Source of the DNA: Candidatus Babeliales bacterium
GTDB taxonomy: Bacteria > Babelota > Babeliae > Babelales > JANWKD01
Length of the DNA: 64,000 nucleotides
Reading direction: 5' to 3'
NCBI GenBank assembly: GCA_963701665.1
Contig: OY969622.1
Span: 864,001-928,000, forward strand
Positions 33,143 to 43,399 of the stretch are shown piece by piece (the stretch's first letter is position 1; every line of letters starts with the position of its first letter). Under the pieces are notes generated by a model. That model was not told where the DNA came from. It saw only the letters and a program-made list of their open reading frames with translations, and did no database searches. The translations under genes and the position numbers were made by a program.

Positions 33143-33574
33143 ATGAAAAATCTTTATATTTTTTTAACGGGGCTTTTATGCTGCGCTGCATTAAGCTATC
33201 AAGTGCAGGCTGCTGAACAAGTCCAAGAATTAAATACGCAAATTCAAGCAGATTTAAATAAGCTGGAAGCAGATATCAAACATGCTGAAGCGTATCATCA
33301 AAAAGAACAAGAATATTTAGAAATGGCTGACATGAAACGCGCGATGGAAGAAGACAAAACTCGTGAAGCAGTTGCTCTTTTTGAAATGATTCAGCAAGAA
33401 GCAGAACAAAATAAACCGGTTGAAGAAGAACCTACAGAACAAGCACAAGAAGTAAATCTTGATGATGTCTTAAAAGATTTAAACACCATGAATAAAACAG
33501 AAGAAGAAATTCTCCAAGAACAACCGTTACAAAACGATGTTCAAGAAGCTTTAAAATCAGCTGACGATATTTGA
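33143..33574 (+). CDS. Secreted acidic coiled-coil protein
   Basis: AAGGA RBS, signal peptide ending VQA, E/Q-rich. Confidence 0.6.
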   Translation: MKNLYIFLTGLLCCAALSYQVQAAEQVQELNTQIQADLNKLEADIKHAEAYHQKEQEYLEMADMKRAMEEDKTREAVALFEMIQQEAEQNKPVEEEPTEQAQEVNLDDVLKDLNTMNKTEEEILQEQPLQNDVQEALKSADDI

Positions 33575-33592
33575 AACTGCTTAATTTTTTTA

Positions 33593-33649
33593 TTAAAAGT
33601 TACAAAAAAAAAGGTACCGAATCGGTACCTTTTTTTTTGTAACTTTTAA
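33593..33649. terminator. Bidirectional terminator / perfect 28-bp inverted repeat
   Basis: ttaaaagttacaaaaaaaaaggtaccga-a-tcggtacctttttttttgtaacttttaa between convergent genes. Confidence 0.8.
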
Positions 33650-33663
33650 AGTTTAATGACCTA

Positions 33664-34281
33664 TTAATTAGTAGGTACAGCTTGAGCTTTAATGCCTGTA
33701 AGTACAGCGGCAGCCACATCAGTAACTAATTTCTTTTCTAATTCAATGCCTTCAGCTTTCCATTGTGCAAGTTTTTCTGCCCAACGTGCATTTGTGTAAC
33801 GTGCATCCAATACGGCCAGAACCACAAGTGAAATTAATGTTAAAGAAACACCAGCACATGACAGCACCGTTGATTTTAATTCCAGATTATTAACAGCATC
33901 AAGCATTCTTACAAAACCATTCTTCCAAGATTCATCTTCTTCTTCAAGGCGTTTAGCTTTAATATAAGAAATGCGAGATTGGCGATTAGCTAAAGGACCA
34001 TTCACTTTATCATAATATAATGTCTCTTTTGGTTCCCCATATTGATTTAAATTATTTTTCGCTATCCAGGCATCAATCGCTTTTTCTTCGGTGAGATTGC
34101 GCAAATATTCAGGATTTAATAAACCACCTATCACAGCAGTCGTTATTCCTGCTGCTGCCAAACAAAGTGCAGGTTTATAATTTGGCGGCTCAACAACAGC
34201 TTGCACTGATGATTGTCCTAGCGCACAAGCAAAAACGATTGCCAACAAGCCCGCTTTGAATTTTTTTTGTATAGTAAGCAT
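33664..34281 (-). CDS. Hypothetical membrane protein
   Basis: Signal peptide plus two hydrophobic helices; IDAWIAKNNLNQYGEP segment. Confidence 0.55.
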   Translation of the reverse strand: MLTIQKKFKAGLLAIVFACALGQSSVQAVVEPPNYKPALCLAAAGITTAVIGGLLNPEYLRNLTEEKAIDAWIAKNNLNQYGEPKETLYYDKVNGPLANRQSRISYIKAKRLEEEDESWKNGFVRMLDAVNNLELKSTVLSCAGVSLTLISLVVLAVLDARYTNARWAEKLAQWKAEGIELEKKLVTDVAAAVLTGIKAQAVPTN

Positions 34282-34369
34282 AAAACCCCTAAAAATGAAA
34301 TGATAAACAAACATTTCAAGTATAATCGCTTTCAGATTTTTTTCAATGCTTTTAATTTCTAAAAGAAGG

Positions 34370-35182
34370 TTAAAACTCGCTAAGATTCAATAAAGACAGG
34401 TCAAATTCAGAAAAGAAGGCTTCAAGTAAGAGGTGTTGCGCGCGTTTTTCATCAAATCCACGCGTTTGCAGATACAAAAGTTGTTGCTCGTCAATATGCC
34501 CGAGTGCTGTCCCATGTTTGCAATGAACATCATGAGCCAATATTTCTAGCTGCGGCGTTGATTGCGCTTGCGCGTGCATACTGCCCAGCAATGTTTTGTT
34601 ATATTGGGATGCATGCGCTCGTTGTGCATCCTTTTCAATAACCACCATCCCTCGGTGAATACTTTTAGCTTCATCAGTAACATACCCTTTTAACAGCAAC
34701 TCGCTGTGCGTATTAAACGCTGCATGATGTTGCTCAGTAATTAAGGTGACCTTAGACGACCCTCGCGCTACATATGCCCCTCGTATATTAGCGTGCGCAT
34801 TCTCTCCGAACGCGTGGCATTTAATTTTTATCTGGCGCTCGCCTTCATGCGCAGCAAATGACATGCAAAAATCGAGACGCGCGTTCGTTGCTAAGAAAAA
34901 AGTGTAGGAAGCGTACGCACCATTATATGAGCTTATAATGCGTACGTTAACTTCAGGAAGCACAATCACCATAAGTTCATTATCGCGCTGCGAGTGTTCA
35001 AGCATAATCTCAGGGGCAGATTCGGCATTTATTATTAAGATATTTTTTTGAGCAAGTTGCATATGTCGCGTGCAATCTTTGTCTTCTATAATGCTGGCAG
35101 ACGCCCCATTCGAAATATCTTCGAACGCCTGTATTTGTTTTTGTACCTGCTCAGGCAACACTGTTCGCCATCTATTTTGCAC
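34370..35182 (-). CDS. sufD: Fe-S cluster assembly protein SufD (short form)
   Basis: STPQLEILAHDVHCKHGTALG, QLLYLQTRG. Confidence 0.85.
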   Translation of the reverse strand: MQNRWRTVLPEQVQKQIQAFEDISNGASASIIEDKDCTRHMQLAQKNILIINAESAPEIMLEHSQRDNELMVIVLPEVNVRIISSYNGAYASYTFFLATNARLDFCMSFAAHEGERQIKIKCHAFGENAHANIRGAYVARGSSKVTLITEQHHAAFNTHSELLLKGYVTDEAKSIHRGMVVIEKDAQRAHASQYNKTLLGSMHAQAQSTPQLEILAHDVHCKHGTALGHIDEQQLLYLQTRGFDEKRAQHLLLEAFFSEFDLSLLNLSEF

Positions 35183-35320
35183 ACGTTTCCTTCGATTAAA
35201 GTGATATTTTTTAAGTATAAAGATTTTTTTAATTTACAATACTGAACAATAACAATACAATATGAAAAAGTTGTTGTTATAACAATAAAAAATTAAATGC
35301 AATAAAATTTCAGGAACGAT

Positions 35321-37015
35321 ATGTTTAAAAAATTACTCTGCTTATTTTTTGTAATAAGCTGTTTGCAAGCCATGGAACAACAAGAAGCATCAGTCCAACA
35401 AAAAGCGCGCAAACTAAAATCATTAAGCTATCCTCGCAATCCCAAGTCGCTCGTTCATATTGCAGCCAAAGCAGCATTTAAAAAAGTTATGCCTGAAAAA
35501 GTCAATGAAAACAATCTTGATGGAACACTCGAGCAACTGAATACTCTTCCTTCAAGAATTGGTCAAGAGTGCGCGCAGATGGTGCAAGATAGAGTTCTTT
35601 ATGAACAACCATATCCTTATTTTAGTGAAACAAATAACACCTATTTAATGGATGCATGCCCAATTTTAAAACGAAAAGTTTTATACAATCCTTGGGGAAC
35701 AACTTTTTGTGTTACTTCCCCTTCAGATAACAATACCGAGGAAGCCGCATTTTACTCACGCGCAGAAGGAATCTTAATTAGAGATAACTTTAAATTTTTA
35801 AGAGGCAAATATCTTTCGTACTTGGAAGGAACAAATCTTGATAGTAGTACCTGTGTACTCAATGTTTTTGAAGATAATAACTGGAAATCAACCGCTGAGA
35901 TAAATCCCAATGATCAAATCATTGATATTTCCTTGTCTCCCGATCGCCAACTTTTAGCACTTGGCCTTAAAAATCAAAAAGTTGCTTTTTGGGAGTTAAA
36001 CGAAGACACACAAGAATGGCAAAAAAATGAACATGAAATAGATTTATCACTTTTCCAAGATCAATTAGAAGCTTCTGTATATCAGTCTCGATCTGGGCGC
36101 AGTTATTTCAAAGCTCCAAATCAATACTATCATTCCAAAAAATCTGATGAACTTAAACATCGAGACTTTTGCACGTATATGACCTCAATCGCTTTTTTAC
36201 CCCTTAAGTCTAATGAACGACCACAATTATTACTGGGCTTGAATACAACTGAATGCCATAAACATCCTAATGAGGGTATTTTGACATTGTGGGAGCTTAC
36301 GTTTAATGGATGGTATTTGAAAGAAATTTTACGCGATAAACATGATTGGCCAATAATTAATATTCAACCATCATCTGATGGAACAAAAGTTTTAACGCAT
36401 ACCCACTCATCACGTAATTGTTGCAATTACACAACGTGCTGGGAAAAAAATAATAATGAAGAATGGTACATTGCAAAAAGAACCCGGCAACAAAGTCCTA
36501 TTCAAATAGCTGCCTCATTTAATCCAACTAATGATTCAAATAATACATTTGTACAAATGTATAGTAACCATGCGCAACGAGACTTAGAATATATAAAACA
36601 ATTTCGCAGTGATGGGACATCATATAGTAAGGCAAGAAAGTTAACAATAACATCAGATGTTAGCCCAGCGTTTGTCTACGAATATAACTGGAAAGCAAAT
36701 TCAACACCTTTTATTTGGTTGAACAACAATGAAGTTGCAATAGGGAATAAAGTATTCTCATTAAATCCTTCTTTGGAATATGGGCTCTGCCAAAAAGCTC
36801 TAGAAACACTTCTGTCGAAAAAAAGAACTTTAAAGAAAGATTATAATAGATCAGCAGAAAGTAGTAAGTTTGGTAGTCGTATAAAAACATTTCTTATCAC
36901 AAATGCTTTTAAAAAATTATCACCCGATGAACAAAGACAGCTCAAAAATTACATACATGAGTCCGAAAAATTTCAAAGAAAAACTGGACACTTACCTAGC
37001 GATATACTTGATTAA
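35321..37015 (+). CDS. Secreted WD40/beta-propeller-like protein, tandem paralog 1
   Basis: ISLSPDRQLLALGLKNQKVAFWE, IQPSSDGTKVLT; signal peptide followed by AMEQQ. Confidence 0.6.
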   Translation: MFKKLLCLFFVISCLQAMEQQEASVQQKARKLKSLSYPRNPKSLVHIAAKAAFKKVMPEKVNENNLDGTLEQLNTLPSRIGQECAQMVQDRVLYEQPYPYFSETNNTYLMDACPILKRKVLYNPWGTTFCVTSPSDNNTEEAAFYSRAEGILIRDNFKFLRGKYLSYLEGTNLDSSTCVLNVFEDNNWKSTAEINPNDQIIDISLSPDRQLLALGLKNQKVAFWELNEDTQEWQKNEHEIDLSLFQDQLEASVYQSRSGRSYFKAPNQYYHSKKSDELKHRDFCTYMTSIAFLPLKSNERPQLLLGLNTTECHKHPNEGILTLWELTFNGWYLKEILRDKHDWPIINIQPSSDGTKVLTHTHSSRNCCNYTTCWEKNNNEEWYIAKRTRQQSPIQIAASFNPTNDSNNTFVQMYSNHAQRDLEYIKQFRSDGTSYSKARKLTITSDVSPAFVYEYNWKANSTPFIWLNNNEVAIGNKVFSLNPSLEYGLCQKALETLLSKKRTLKKDYNRSAESSKFGSRIKTFLITNAFKKLSPDEQRQLKNYIHESEKFQRKTGHLPSDILD

Positions 37016-37069
37016 TTTCCTTCGATAGTCAGTAAAATATGAACTTTATTCCGAAAGCACTATAAAGAT

Positions 37070-38713
37070 ATGTTTAAAAAATTACTCTGCTTATTCTTTG
37101 TAATAAGCTGTTTGCAAGCCATGGAAGAACAAGAAGCATCAGTCCAACAAAAAGCTCGCAAATTAAAATCACTCAGCTATCCTCACAATCCAAAATCACT
37201 CGTTCATATTGCAGCAAAAGCGGCATTTAAAAAAGTGATGCCTGAAAAAGTTGATGAAGATAATATTGATGAAACGCTCGAGCAACTGAACACTCTTCCT
37301 TCAAGAATTGGTAATGAATGTGCAGCGTTGGTGCAAGATAAAGTTCTTTACGCACAGGCATATCCTTATTTTGGCGAAACGCCCGAAACCTATTTAATGG
37401 ATGCATGTCCAATTTTAGGACAAAAAATAATATTCAGTAACCATTGTCATACTATTCTGGATGCCAGGGAAGAAAAACTTACCGTTAATATACCTAGACC
37501 AAATCACGGAAGAGATAAATTTAAGTTTTTAGGGGGCACCTATCTTTCTTATTTAGAAGATGATCATAACAGCAATATTTGCTGCATACTCAATGTTTTT
37601 GAAAATAATGAATGGAAACCAATCGCAAATATAAATCCAAATGATCAGATTATCGATACCTCCTTATCTTCTGATCGTCAGCTTTTAGCCCTTGGCCTTA
37701 AAAATCAGAAAGTTGTTTTCTGGCAATTAAAAGAAGACACACAGGAATGGCAAAAAAATGAACACGAAATAGATTTGCCGCTTTTTATTGATACATTAGA
37801 AGCTTCTATATATAATGCTCGACCCGGGCGCAGCTATTTGCAAAACCCTGATAAATATTATCATTTCAAAAAATCCGGTGCACTTAAACATAAAGATTTT
37901 TGTACCTCTATATCTTCAATCGCTTTTTTACCTCTTAACCCTAATGAACGACCACAATTATTACTCGGCTTAAATGCAAGCGAATGTCATAAACATCCCA
38001 AAGAGGGGATTTTAACATTATGGGAATTCAATCTTAATGGCTGGCAATTAAAAAATATTCTTCGCGATAAACATGATTGGCCAATAATTAATATTCAACC
38101 ATCATCTGATGGAACAAAAGTTTTAACTCATACGTACGCATCACGCCAGGCAAACCACACAACGTGCTGGGAAAAAAATAATAATGGAGACTGGAATATT
38201 GTTAAAAGAACTCGGCAACAAAATCCTACCAAGACCGTTGCTTCATTTAATCAAACTAATGATTCATTTGTGCAGATGTATAATAAACATGCACAATCAT
38301 TGCTGCGCTATATAAAACAATTTCGCAGTAATGGCACATCGTACAGCAAGGCAAGAAAGTTAACAATAACATCAGATGTTAGCCCAGCGTTTGCCTTTGA
38401 ATACGAATGGAAGACAAATTCAACACCTTTTATTTGGTTGAACAAGGATGAGATCGCTATCAGCAATAAAGTAATTTCATTGAACCCTTCATTAGAATAT
38501 GGGCTTTGTCAAAAGGCTTTAGAAACAGTTCTCAGCTCAGAAAGCACTATGCCTGAATTTTGTGATCGCATTAAAAAATTTCTAGCCACGGAAACTTTCA
38601 AAAAATTATCACCCGATGAACAAGAAAAACTTAAAATTTATCTACAGGAATCTACGAAATTCAAAAATTCTATCCTTTTGACATATTTTGATGGTCTTCT
38701 CAATGATAAGTGA
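37070..38713 (+). CDS. Secreted WD40/beta-propeller-like protein, tandem paralog 2
   Basis: High identity to 35321 ORF at DNA and protein level. Confidence 0.6.
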   Translation: MFKKLLCLFFVISCLQAMEEQEASVQQKARKLKSLSYPHNPKSLVHIAAKAAFKKVMPEKVDEDNIDETLEQLNTLPSRIGNECAALVQDKVLYAQAYPYFGETPETYLMDACPILGQKIIFSNHCHTILDAREEKLTVNIPRPNHGRDKFKFLGGTYLSYLEDDHNSNICCILNVFENNEWKPIANINPNDQIIDTSLSSDRQLLALGLKNQKVVFWQLKEDTQEWQKNEHEIDLPLFIDTLEASIYNARPGRSYLQNPDKYYHFKKSGALKHKDFCTSISSIAFLPLNPNERPQLLLGLNASECHKHPKEGILTLWEFNLNGWQLKNILRDKHDWPIINIQPSSDGTKVLTHTYASRQANHTTCWEKNNNGDWNIVKRTRQQNPTKTVASFNQTNDSFVQMYNKHAQSLLRYIKQFRSNGTSYSKARKLTITSDVSPAFAFEYEWKTNSTPFIWLNKDEIAISNKVISLNPSLEYGLCQKALETVLSSESTMPEFCDRIKKFLATETFKKLSPDEQEKLKIYLQESTKFKNSILLTYFDGLLNDK

Positions 38714-38938
38714 TTATTTTGGGTCAGAAATTTTTCATAAAAGTTTCTATTTGTCGTATTGATTAAGTAGGAATAACTTGCTGTCTAGGCTGTTATTCCT
38801 AAAGCGGATCCTTCTCCATTCCCACATAAATTATTTATTTGTAATTTTTACATGGGTTTTGCCGGTACTTTATTGATAAATTACTAATATATGATAAGAT
38901 AGATATAAATGTTGGTTATACCTCTAAAAAAGGTCTTT

Positions 38939-40471
38939 ATGAAAAAATTCCTTGTCCTTTTTGCCCCCCTATTTTTCGTAACTCTACCCCTACAAAGTAT
39001 GCATAGTGATGGTATTCAAAAATCATCGATTTCTTGGTTAATACACCGTGCTGAAAAGAACCCTTATACCATAGCAACTCTATCTATAGGAGCTGCACTG
39101 GGTGGTTATTGGTATGCCACTAATGATTATGAAGATCGTTGGAACTGGGATGAAATTATCATTGGAGACCTGATCTTCCCTAAAGACTTTAAATGGGGTT
39201 CTGCAAATTCCTGTTTACAGGTTGCCGGGACAAAAACATGGTGGGGCGATGTACAAAATAACTGGACAAAATACCAACAAGAAAAAAATATCCCTGTAGA
39301 AAAACATATGGGACATGCCGCAGGCCATTGGAAAAAAGAAATATACCAAAAAGATTTTATGTTAGCGCATGAATTTGGCCTTAACACACATCGTTTCTCT
39401 ATTGAATGGAGCAAAATTCAACCACATTTCAAAGGTCATTTTGATACACTTGCGATGCAACATTACATAGAATACGTACAAGATATGATTGATGCCGAAT
39501 TAGAGCCTATGCCGACATTATTCCACCACTCATGGCCATTGTGGTTTGATGAACTCGGTGCTTTTGAAAAAGCGGAGAATATCGAGCATTTTGTGCGCTT
39601 TGCAACGTATGTTTTTGAAGCATTCAAAAAGGCTGGGCTACTTGAAAAAACGAAATTATGGCTTACGTTCAATGAGCCTGCAGGCTATGCCGCAGGTGCC
39701 TATATTGATGGTAGATACCCACCTAACAAAAGATTTGCTGTGGGGCTCTGTGGTGAAGTATTAAAAAATATGCTCGATGCTCATTGCAAAATCTATGACG
39801 AATTCAAATCGCGTGATAACAGTATACAAATAAGTCTCGCTCATGCATTTGTTCCCATACAACCTTTCAACCCCTGGAATCCATTCGATAAATTTGTTTC
39901 CAGTGTTTTCAATCATTTAGTTAATACTGTTACGCTTGAATATCTTTCTACCGGAAAGTTTAAGTGGTTATATAAGAACACAGAAAATCCGAAAGCATGC
40001 AATAAACTCGATTTCATTGGTGTAAATTATTATAGCCATACCCTTCTTGGATGGTTCAAAGAAAGAAATAGACCCAACACAATTACCGCCGATCCTGTTG
40101 AAGGAAAGAAAGCAAAAGCTGTTTATGCTGAAGGTTTTTATCAGGCATTAAAAAAAGTTACTGAATATTTCCCCCATAAAGCAATTTTTATCACAGAAAA
40201 CGGTTTTGCAACTGATAATGCCGAACACCGAAAACTGTATATTGATCGCCATCTTTACGTATTAAAAAAATTGATTGATGAGGGCACTGAGATTATCGGT
40301 TATTTATGGTGGACTTTAACGGATTGTTATAGTTGGGGTAAAGGAAACTGCAGCAAACACGGTTTATATGAAGTCGATTTTAAGCACTCATCATTACCGC
40401 GAAAATTAAAACCAAGTTCAAGACATTTACAAAATATCATCAAGCACAATCACGAACATTACCAACAGTAA
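38939..40471 (+). CDS. Glycoside hydrolase family 1 with signal peptide and TM segment
   Basis: FPKDFKWG, RFSIEWSKI, TFNEP (acid/base), ITENG (nucleophile). Confidence 0.92.
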   Translation: MKKFLVLFAPLFFVTLPLQSMHSDGIQKSSISWLIHRAEKNPYTIATLSIGAALGGYWYATNDYEDRWNWDEIIIGDLIFPKDFKWGSANSCLQVAGTKTWWGDVQNNWTKYQQEKNIPVEKHMGHAAGHWKKEIYQKDFMLAHEFGLNTHRFSIEWSKIQPHFKGHFDTLAMQHYIEYVQDMIDAELEPMPTLFHHSWPLWFDELGAFEKAENIEHFVRFATYVFEAFKKAGLLEKTKLWLTFNEPAGYAAGAYIDGRYPPNKRFAVGLCGEVLKNMLDAHCKIYDEFKSRDNSIQISLAHAFVPIQPFNPWNPFDKFVSSVFNHLVNTVTLEYLSTGKFKWLYKNTENPKACNKLDFIGVNYYSHTLLGWFKERNRPNTITADPVEGKKAKAVYAEGFYQALKKVTEYFPHKAIFITENGFATDNAEHRKLYIDRHLYVLKKLIDEGTEIIGYLWWTLTDCYSWGKGNCSKHGLYEVDFKHSSLPRKLKPSSRHLQNIIKHNHEHYQQ

Positions 40472-40511
40472 AAATTAACGCGAATTCGATAAAACTTGCA
40501 ATAAGCACGGT

Positions 40512-40617
40512 GTCATCCCGAGGCTTTAGCCGTGGGGATCCAGACTTCAATACATCCTTAAAAATGAATTAATTTTATTATCTGGATTGCCACGCCACCT
40601 ACGTGGCTCGCAATGAC
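40512..40617. repeat. Palindromic intergenic repeat (GTCATCCCGAGG...CTCGCAATGAC)
   Basis: Terminal inverted repeats; core gaattaattttattatctgg shared with reverse complement of 2064-2214. Confidence 0.75.
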
Positions 40618-40674
40618 GATTTTGTTTGCAATATACATTTCCTACTGCATAATCACTTATCGAATTTGAGTAAA

Positions 40675-42036
40675 TTAGCCGATTGATCCTTCCATTTCCA
40701 ATGAAATTAAACGGTTAATTTCAACGGCATATTCCATCGGCAGCTGTTGCACAAAACTATCAATAAAACCGTTCACAATCATTGCTTGCGCCTGCGCTTG
40801 GGTAAAACCTCGGCTCATAAGATAAAAAAGTTGTTCTTCACTTATTTTGTTCACAGAAGCTTCATGGCACATATCGACCATCTGCGAGCGAATATCCATG
40901 GTCGGATAGGTATCGGTACGCGACTGAGCATCAAGGAGCAATGCATCGCATTGCACGTTGCATTTTACATTGCTAAGCCCCGATAATACTTTTACTAACC
41001 CACGATAACTTGATCTGCCCCCCTCTTTGCTGATTGATTTTGCAACAATAGTTGAACGCGTGTTTGAAGCGGCATGAATAATTTTTCCGCCAGAATCTTG
41101 ATGCTGACGCGCGCCAGCGAGTGCAATAGAAACTATTTCACCGTGTGCACCCTCTTCTTTTAAAATGATCGCGGGATATTTCATAGTCACTTTACTGCCA
41201 AAGTTACCATCGATCCAACTAACGCGCGCGTTCTTATACGCAAGCGCGCGTTTTGTTACCAAATTATAAACATCTGAAGACCAATTCTGGATGGTTGTAT
41301 AGCGTACGTTTGCGCCTTCGAGTGCAATAATTTCTACCACAGCGCTATGCAATGAGTTTCTTGCATACACGGGCGCACTGCATCCTTCAACATAATGTAC
41401 CGAACTTCCTTTATCTGCGATAATGAGCGTACGTTCAAACTGCCCCATCGTTTCAGAATTAATTCTAAAATATGCTTGTAACGGCATCGTCACCTGCACA
41501 CCTTGAGGAATATACACAAAACTGCCACCGCTCCACACGGCTGAATTCAAGGCAGCAAATTTATTATCATGCGCTGGAATGACGGTAGCAAAATAGTTTT
41601 TAAAAAGCTCTGGATGATCGCGCAAGCCTTGTGACATATCACAAAAGATGACACCTTTTTCATGCCACTCTTTTTTTAGATTTTTATAAATAACTTCAGA
41701 ATCGAACTGCGCGCCAACACCGGCCAAAAATTGTTGCTCTGCCTGCGGCACGCCAAGTGCATCAAAAGTATCTTTGATTTTTTTCGGCATCGTTTGCCAT
41801 GAAGTATGCTGCTTTTCGAGCGGCTTTATGTAGTAGTAAATATCATTAGTCGCGAGTGCAGAAAGATCTGCTCCCCACGTTGGCATTGGCTTTTGTTCAA
41901 AAATTTCCAATGCTTTTAATCGGAATGCAAGCATCCATTCAGGTTCATTTTTTTGTGCAGAAACATTTTTTACTATGTCGGCGTTGAGCCCCTTTGGAGA
42001 TTTATAATGATTTACGTGAGGATCATGTGCGAGCAT
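40675..42036 (-). CDS. sufB: Fe-S cluster assembly protein SufB
   Basis: EPEWML, NSAVWSGGSF, GQFERTLI, YTTIQNWS, LPMEYAVE, MEGSIG. Confidence 0.96.
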   Translation of the reverse strand: MLAHDPHVNHYKSPKGLNADIVKNVSAQKNEPEWMLAFRLKALEIFEQKPMPTWGADLSALATNDIYYYIKPLEKQHTSWQTMPKKIKDTFDALGVPQAEQQFLAGVGAQFDSEVIYKNLKKEWHEKGVIFCDMSQGLRDHPELFKNYFATVIPAHDNKFAALNSAVWSGGSFVYIPQGVQVTMPLQAYFRINSETMGQFERTLIIADKGSSVHYVEGCSAPVYARNSLHSAVVEIIALEGANVRYTTIQNWSSDVYNLVTKRALAYKNARVSWIDGNFGSKVTMKYPAIILKEEGAHGEIVSIALAGARQHQDSGGKIIHAASNTRSTIVAKSISKEGGRSSYRGLVKVLSGLSNVKCNVQCDALLLDAQSRTDTYPTMDIRSQMVDMCHEASVNKISEEQLFYLMSRGFTQAQAQAMIVNGFIDSFVQQLPMEYAVEINRLISLEMEGSIG

Positions 42037-42763
42037 GTGAAACTGAATATCCTTGTTGATCGATTTTGAATGCCAACATTTTATCACCAGTCTCCACGAT
42101 GGTGCCATTCTGCAACATATGAACAACATCAGGCACAATATAGTTCAATAATCGCTGATAATGCGTAATAACGAGAAAAGCCATCGTAGGATTTTGTTCT
42201 CGAGCAATTTGAATACCGTGTGAAACACGGTTAAGTGCATCAACATCAAGACCAGAATCAATTTCATCAAGAATGGCAACTTTCGGCTTCAAAAGCATCA
42301 TTTGCACAAGTTCAAAACGTTTTTTTTCGCCACCAGAAAACCCTTCATTAAGATTTCGATTGGCAAAAGAATGATCAATCTGCAACATATCGAAAATAGC
42401 CAATAGGAGTTTTTGAAATTCATGAACGGAAATATTTTGCTTGGTTTGCAATGCGTACGCTTCTTTCAAACACGTGAACACTGAAACACCCGGCAATTCA
42501 TAGGGATATTGAAATGCTAAAAATAATCCTGCACGCGCGCGTTCATGAGGAGCGAGCGTTGTAATATCGCGCTCGTCGAGGGAGATTGTGCCACTCGTAC
42601 TAGCGTAACGAGGGTCGCCCATAAGTGCGTGCGCAAGTGAACTTTTTCCTGAGCCATTCGGCCCCATTAAAACATGCACCGAGCCGCGTGCAAGAGAAAG
42701 ATTAATACCTGCAAGAATTTGATTATTTTCTCGGAAAACGGAAAGGTTTTTAATTACGAGCAT
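42023..42763 (-). CDS. sufC: Fe-S cluster assembly ATPase SufC
   Basis: GPNGSGKS, FLAFQYP, NEGFSGGEKKR, LDEIDSGLD, ITHYQRLL. Confidence 0.96.
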   Translation of the reverse strand: MLVIKNLSVFRENNQILAGINLSLARGSVHVLMGPNGSGKSSLAHALMGDPRYASTSGTISLDERDITTLAPHERARAGLFLAFQYPYELPGVSVFTCLKEAYALQTKQNISVHEFQKLLLAIFDMLQIDHSFANRNLNEGFSGGEKKRFELVQMMLLKPKVAILDEIDSGLDVDALNRVSHGIQIAREQNPTMAFLVITHYQRLLNYIVPDVVHMLQNGTIVETGDKMLAFKIDQQGYSVSHART

Positions 42764-42769
42764 CAGTTT

Positions 42770-43282
42770 TTACTTACCATTTGACGTTGGTTCGTGACGC
42801 AAATCCCGGATAGCGTTAGTCAGACCTACAATAAGCGCCGCAGTATCAGGTTTTTGGCAAAGATAAAATAAGGCAAGGCCTACTACCGCACTTCCAAATC
42901 CCGCGGCAGCCCAAATGCCGTGATCGAGCCATTGAGCCGTCATATGTTCTTTTTTTTCGCCAGCTACAGCACCTTTTAGCAGTTTTTCATCACGAAGTGC
43001 CTGCTGTGCAGTAGTCCAATCTTCTCGCGCAACTGACTCATCTTTGATTTCGCTCATCTTACCAAGTGCGTTGCCATGATCTGCAAATTCTTTTGCAACT
43101 TCTTCAATATTCCCCCTTTGATAAGAATCAAATAATGTTGTTGCAGTTTTTTTAGGAGGCACTACAACTTTTGCATCATGTTCATTAATTTTATCAGAAA
43201 ATGGTTGCTCCATTTTTGCGCTCATACCACTCATACTATTAAGAAACATCAAGCACAATAAGCTTATAGATATTTTTTTCAT
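42770..43282 (-). CDS. Hypothetical secreted/membrane protein
   Basis: Signal peptide, C-terminal TM. Confidence 0.5.
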   Translation of the reverse strand: MKKISISLLCLMFLNSMSGMSAKMEQPFSDKINEHDAKVVVPPKKTATTLFDSYQRGNIEEVAKEFADHGNALGKMSEIKDESVAREDWTTAQQALRDEKLLKGAVAGEKKEHMTAQWLDHGIWAAAGFGSAVVGLALFYLCQKPDTAALIVGLTNAIRDLRHEPTSNGK

Positions 43283-43399
43283 GGAGAAACCTATTTGTAT
43301 AACTTTTAACATACAAAAAACTTAGCTGGATTATTTAATGCAAATCTGCATGCAAAAAAACAAGAGTTAGTATACGTTTTTTAGACTGTGTTTGCAAAA

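Noticed and set aside
33593..33649. Long perfect palindrome as a mobile-element end or telomere-resolution site
   Set aside because: Position between convergent genes with A/T tails is adequately explained by a bidirectional terminator
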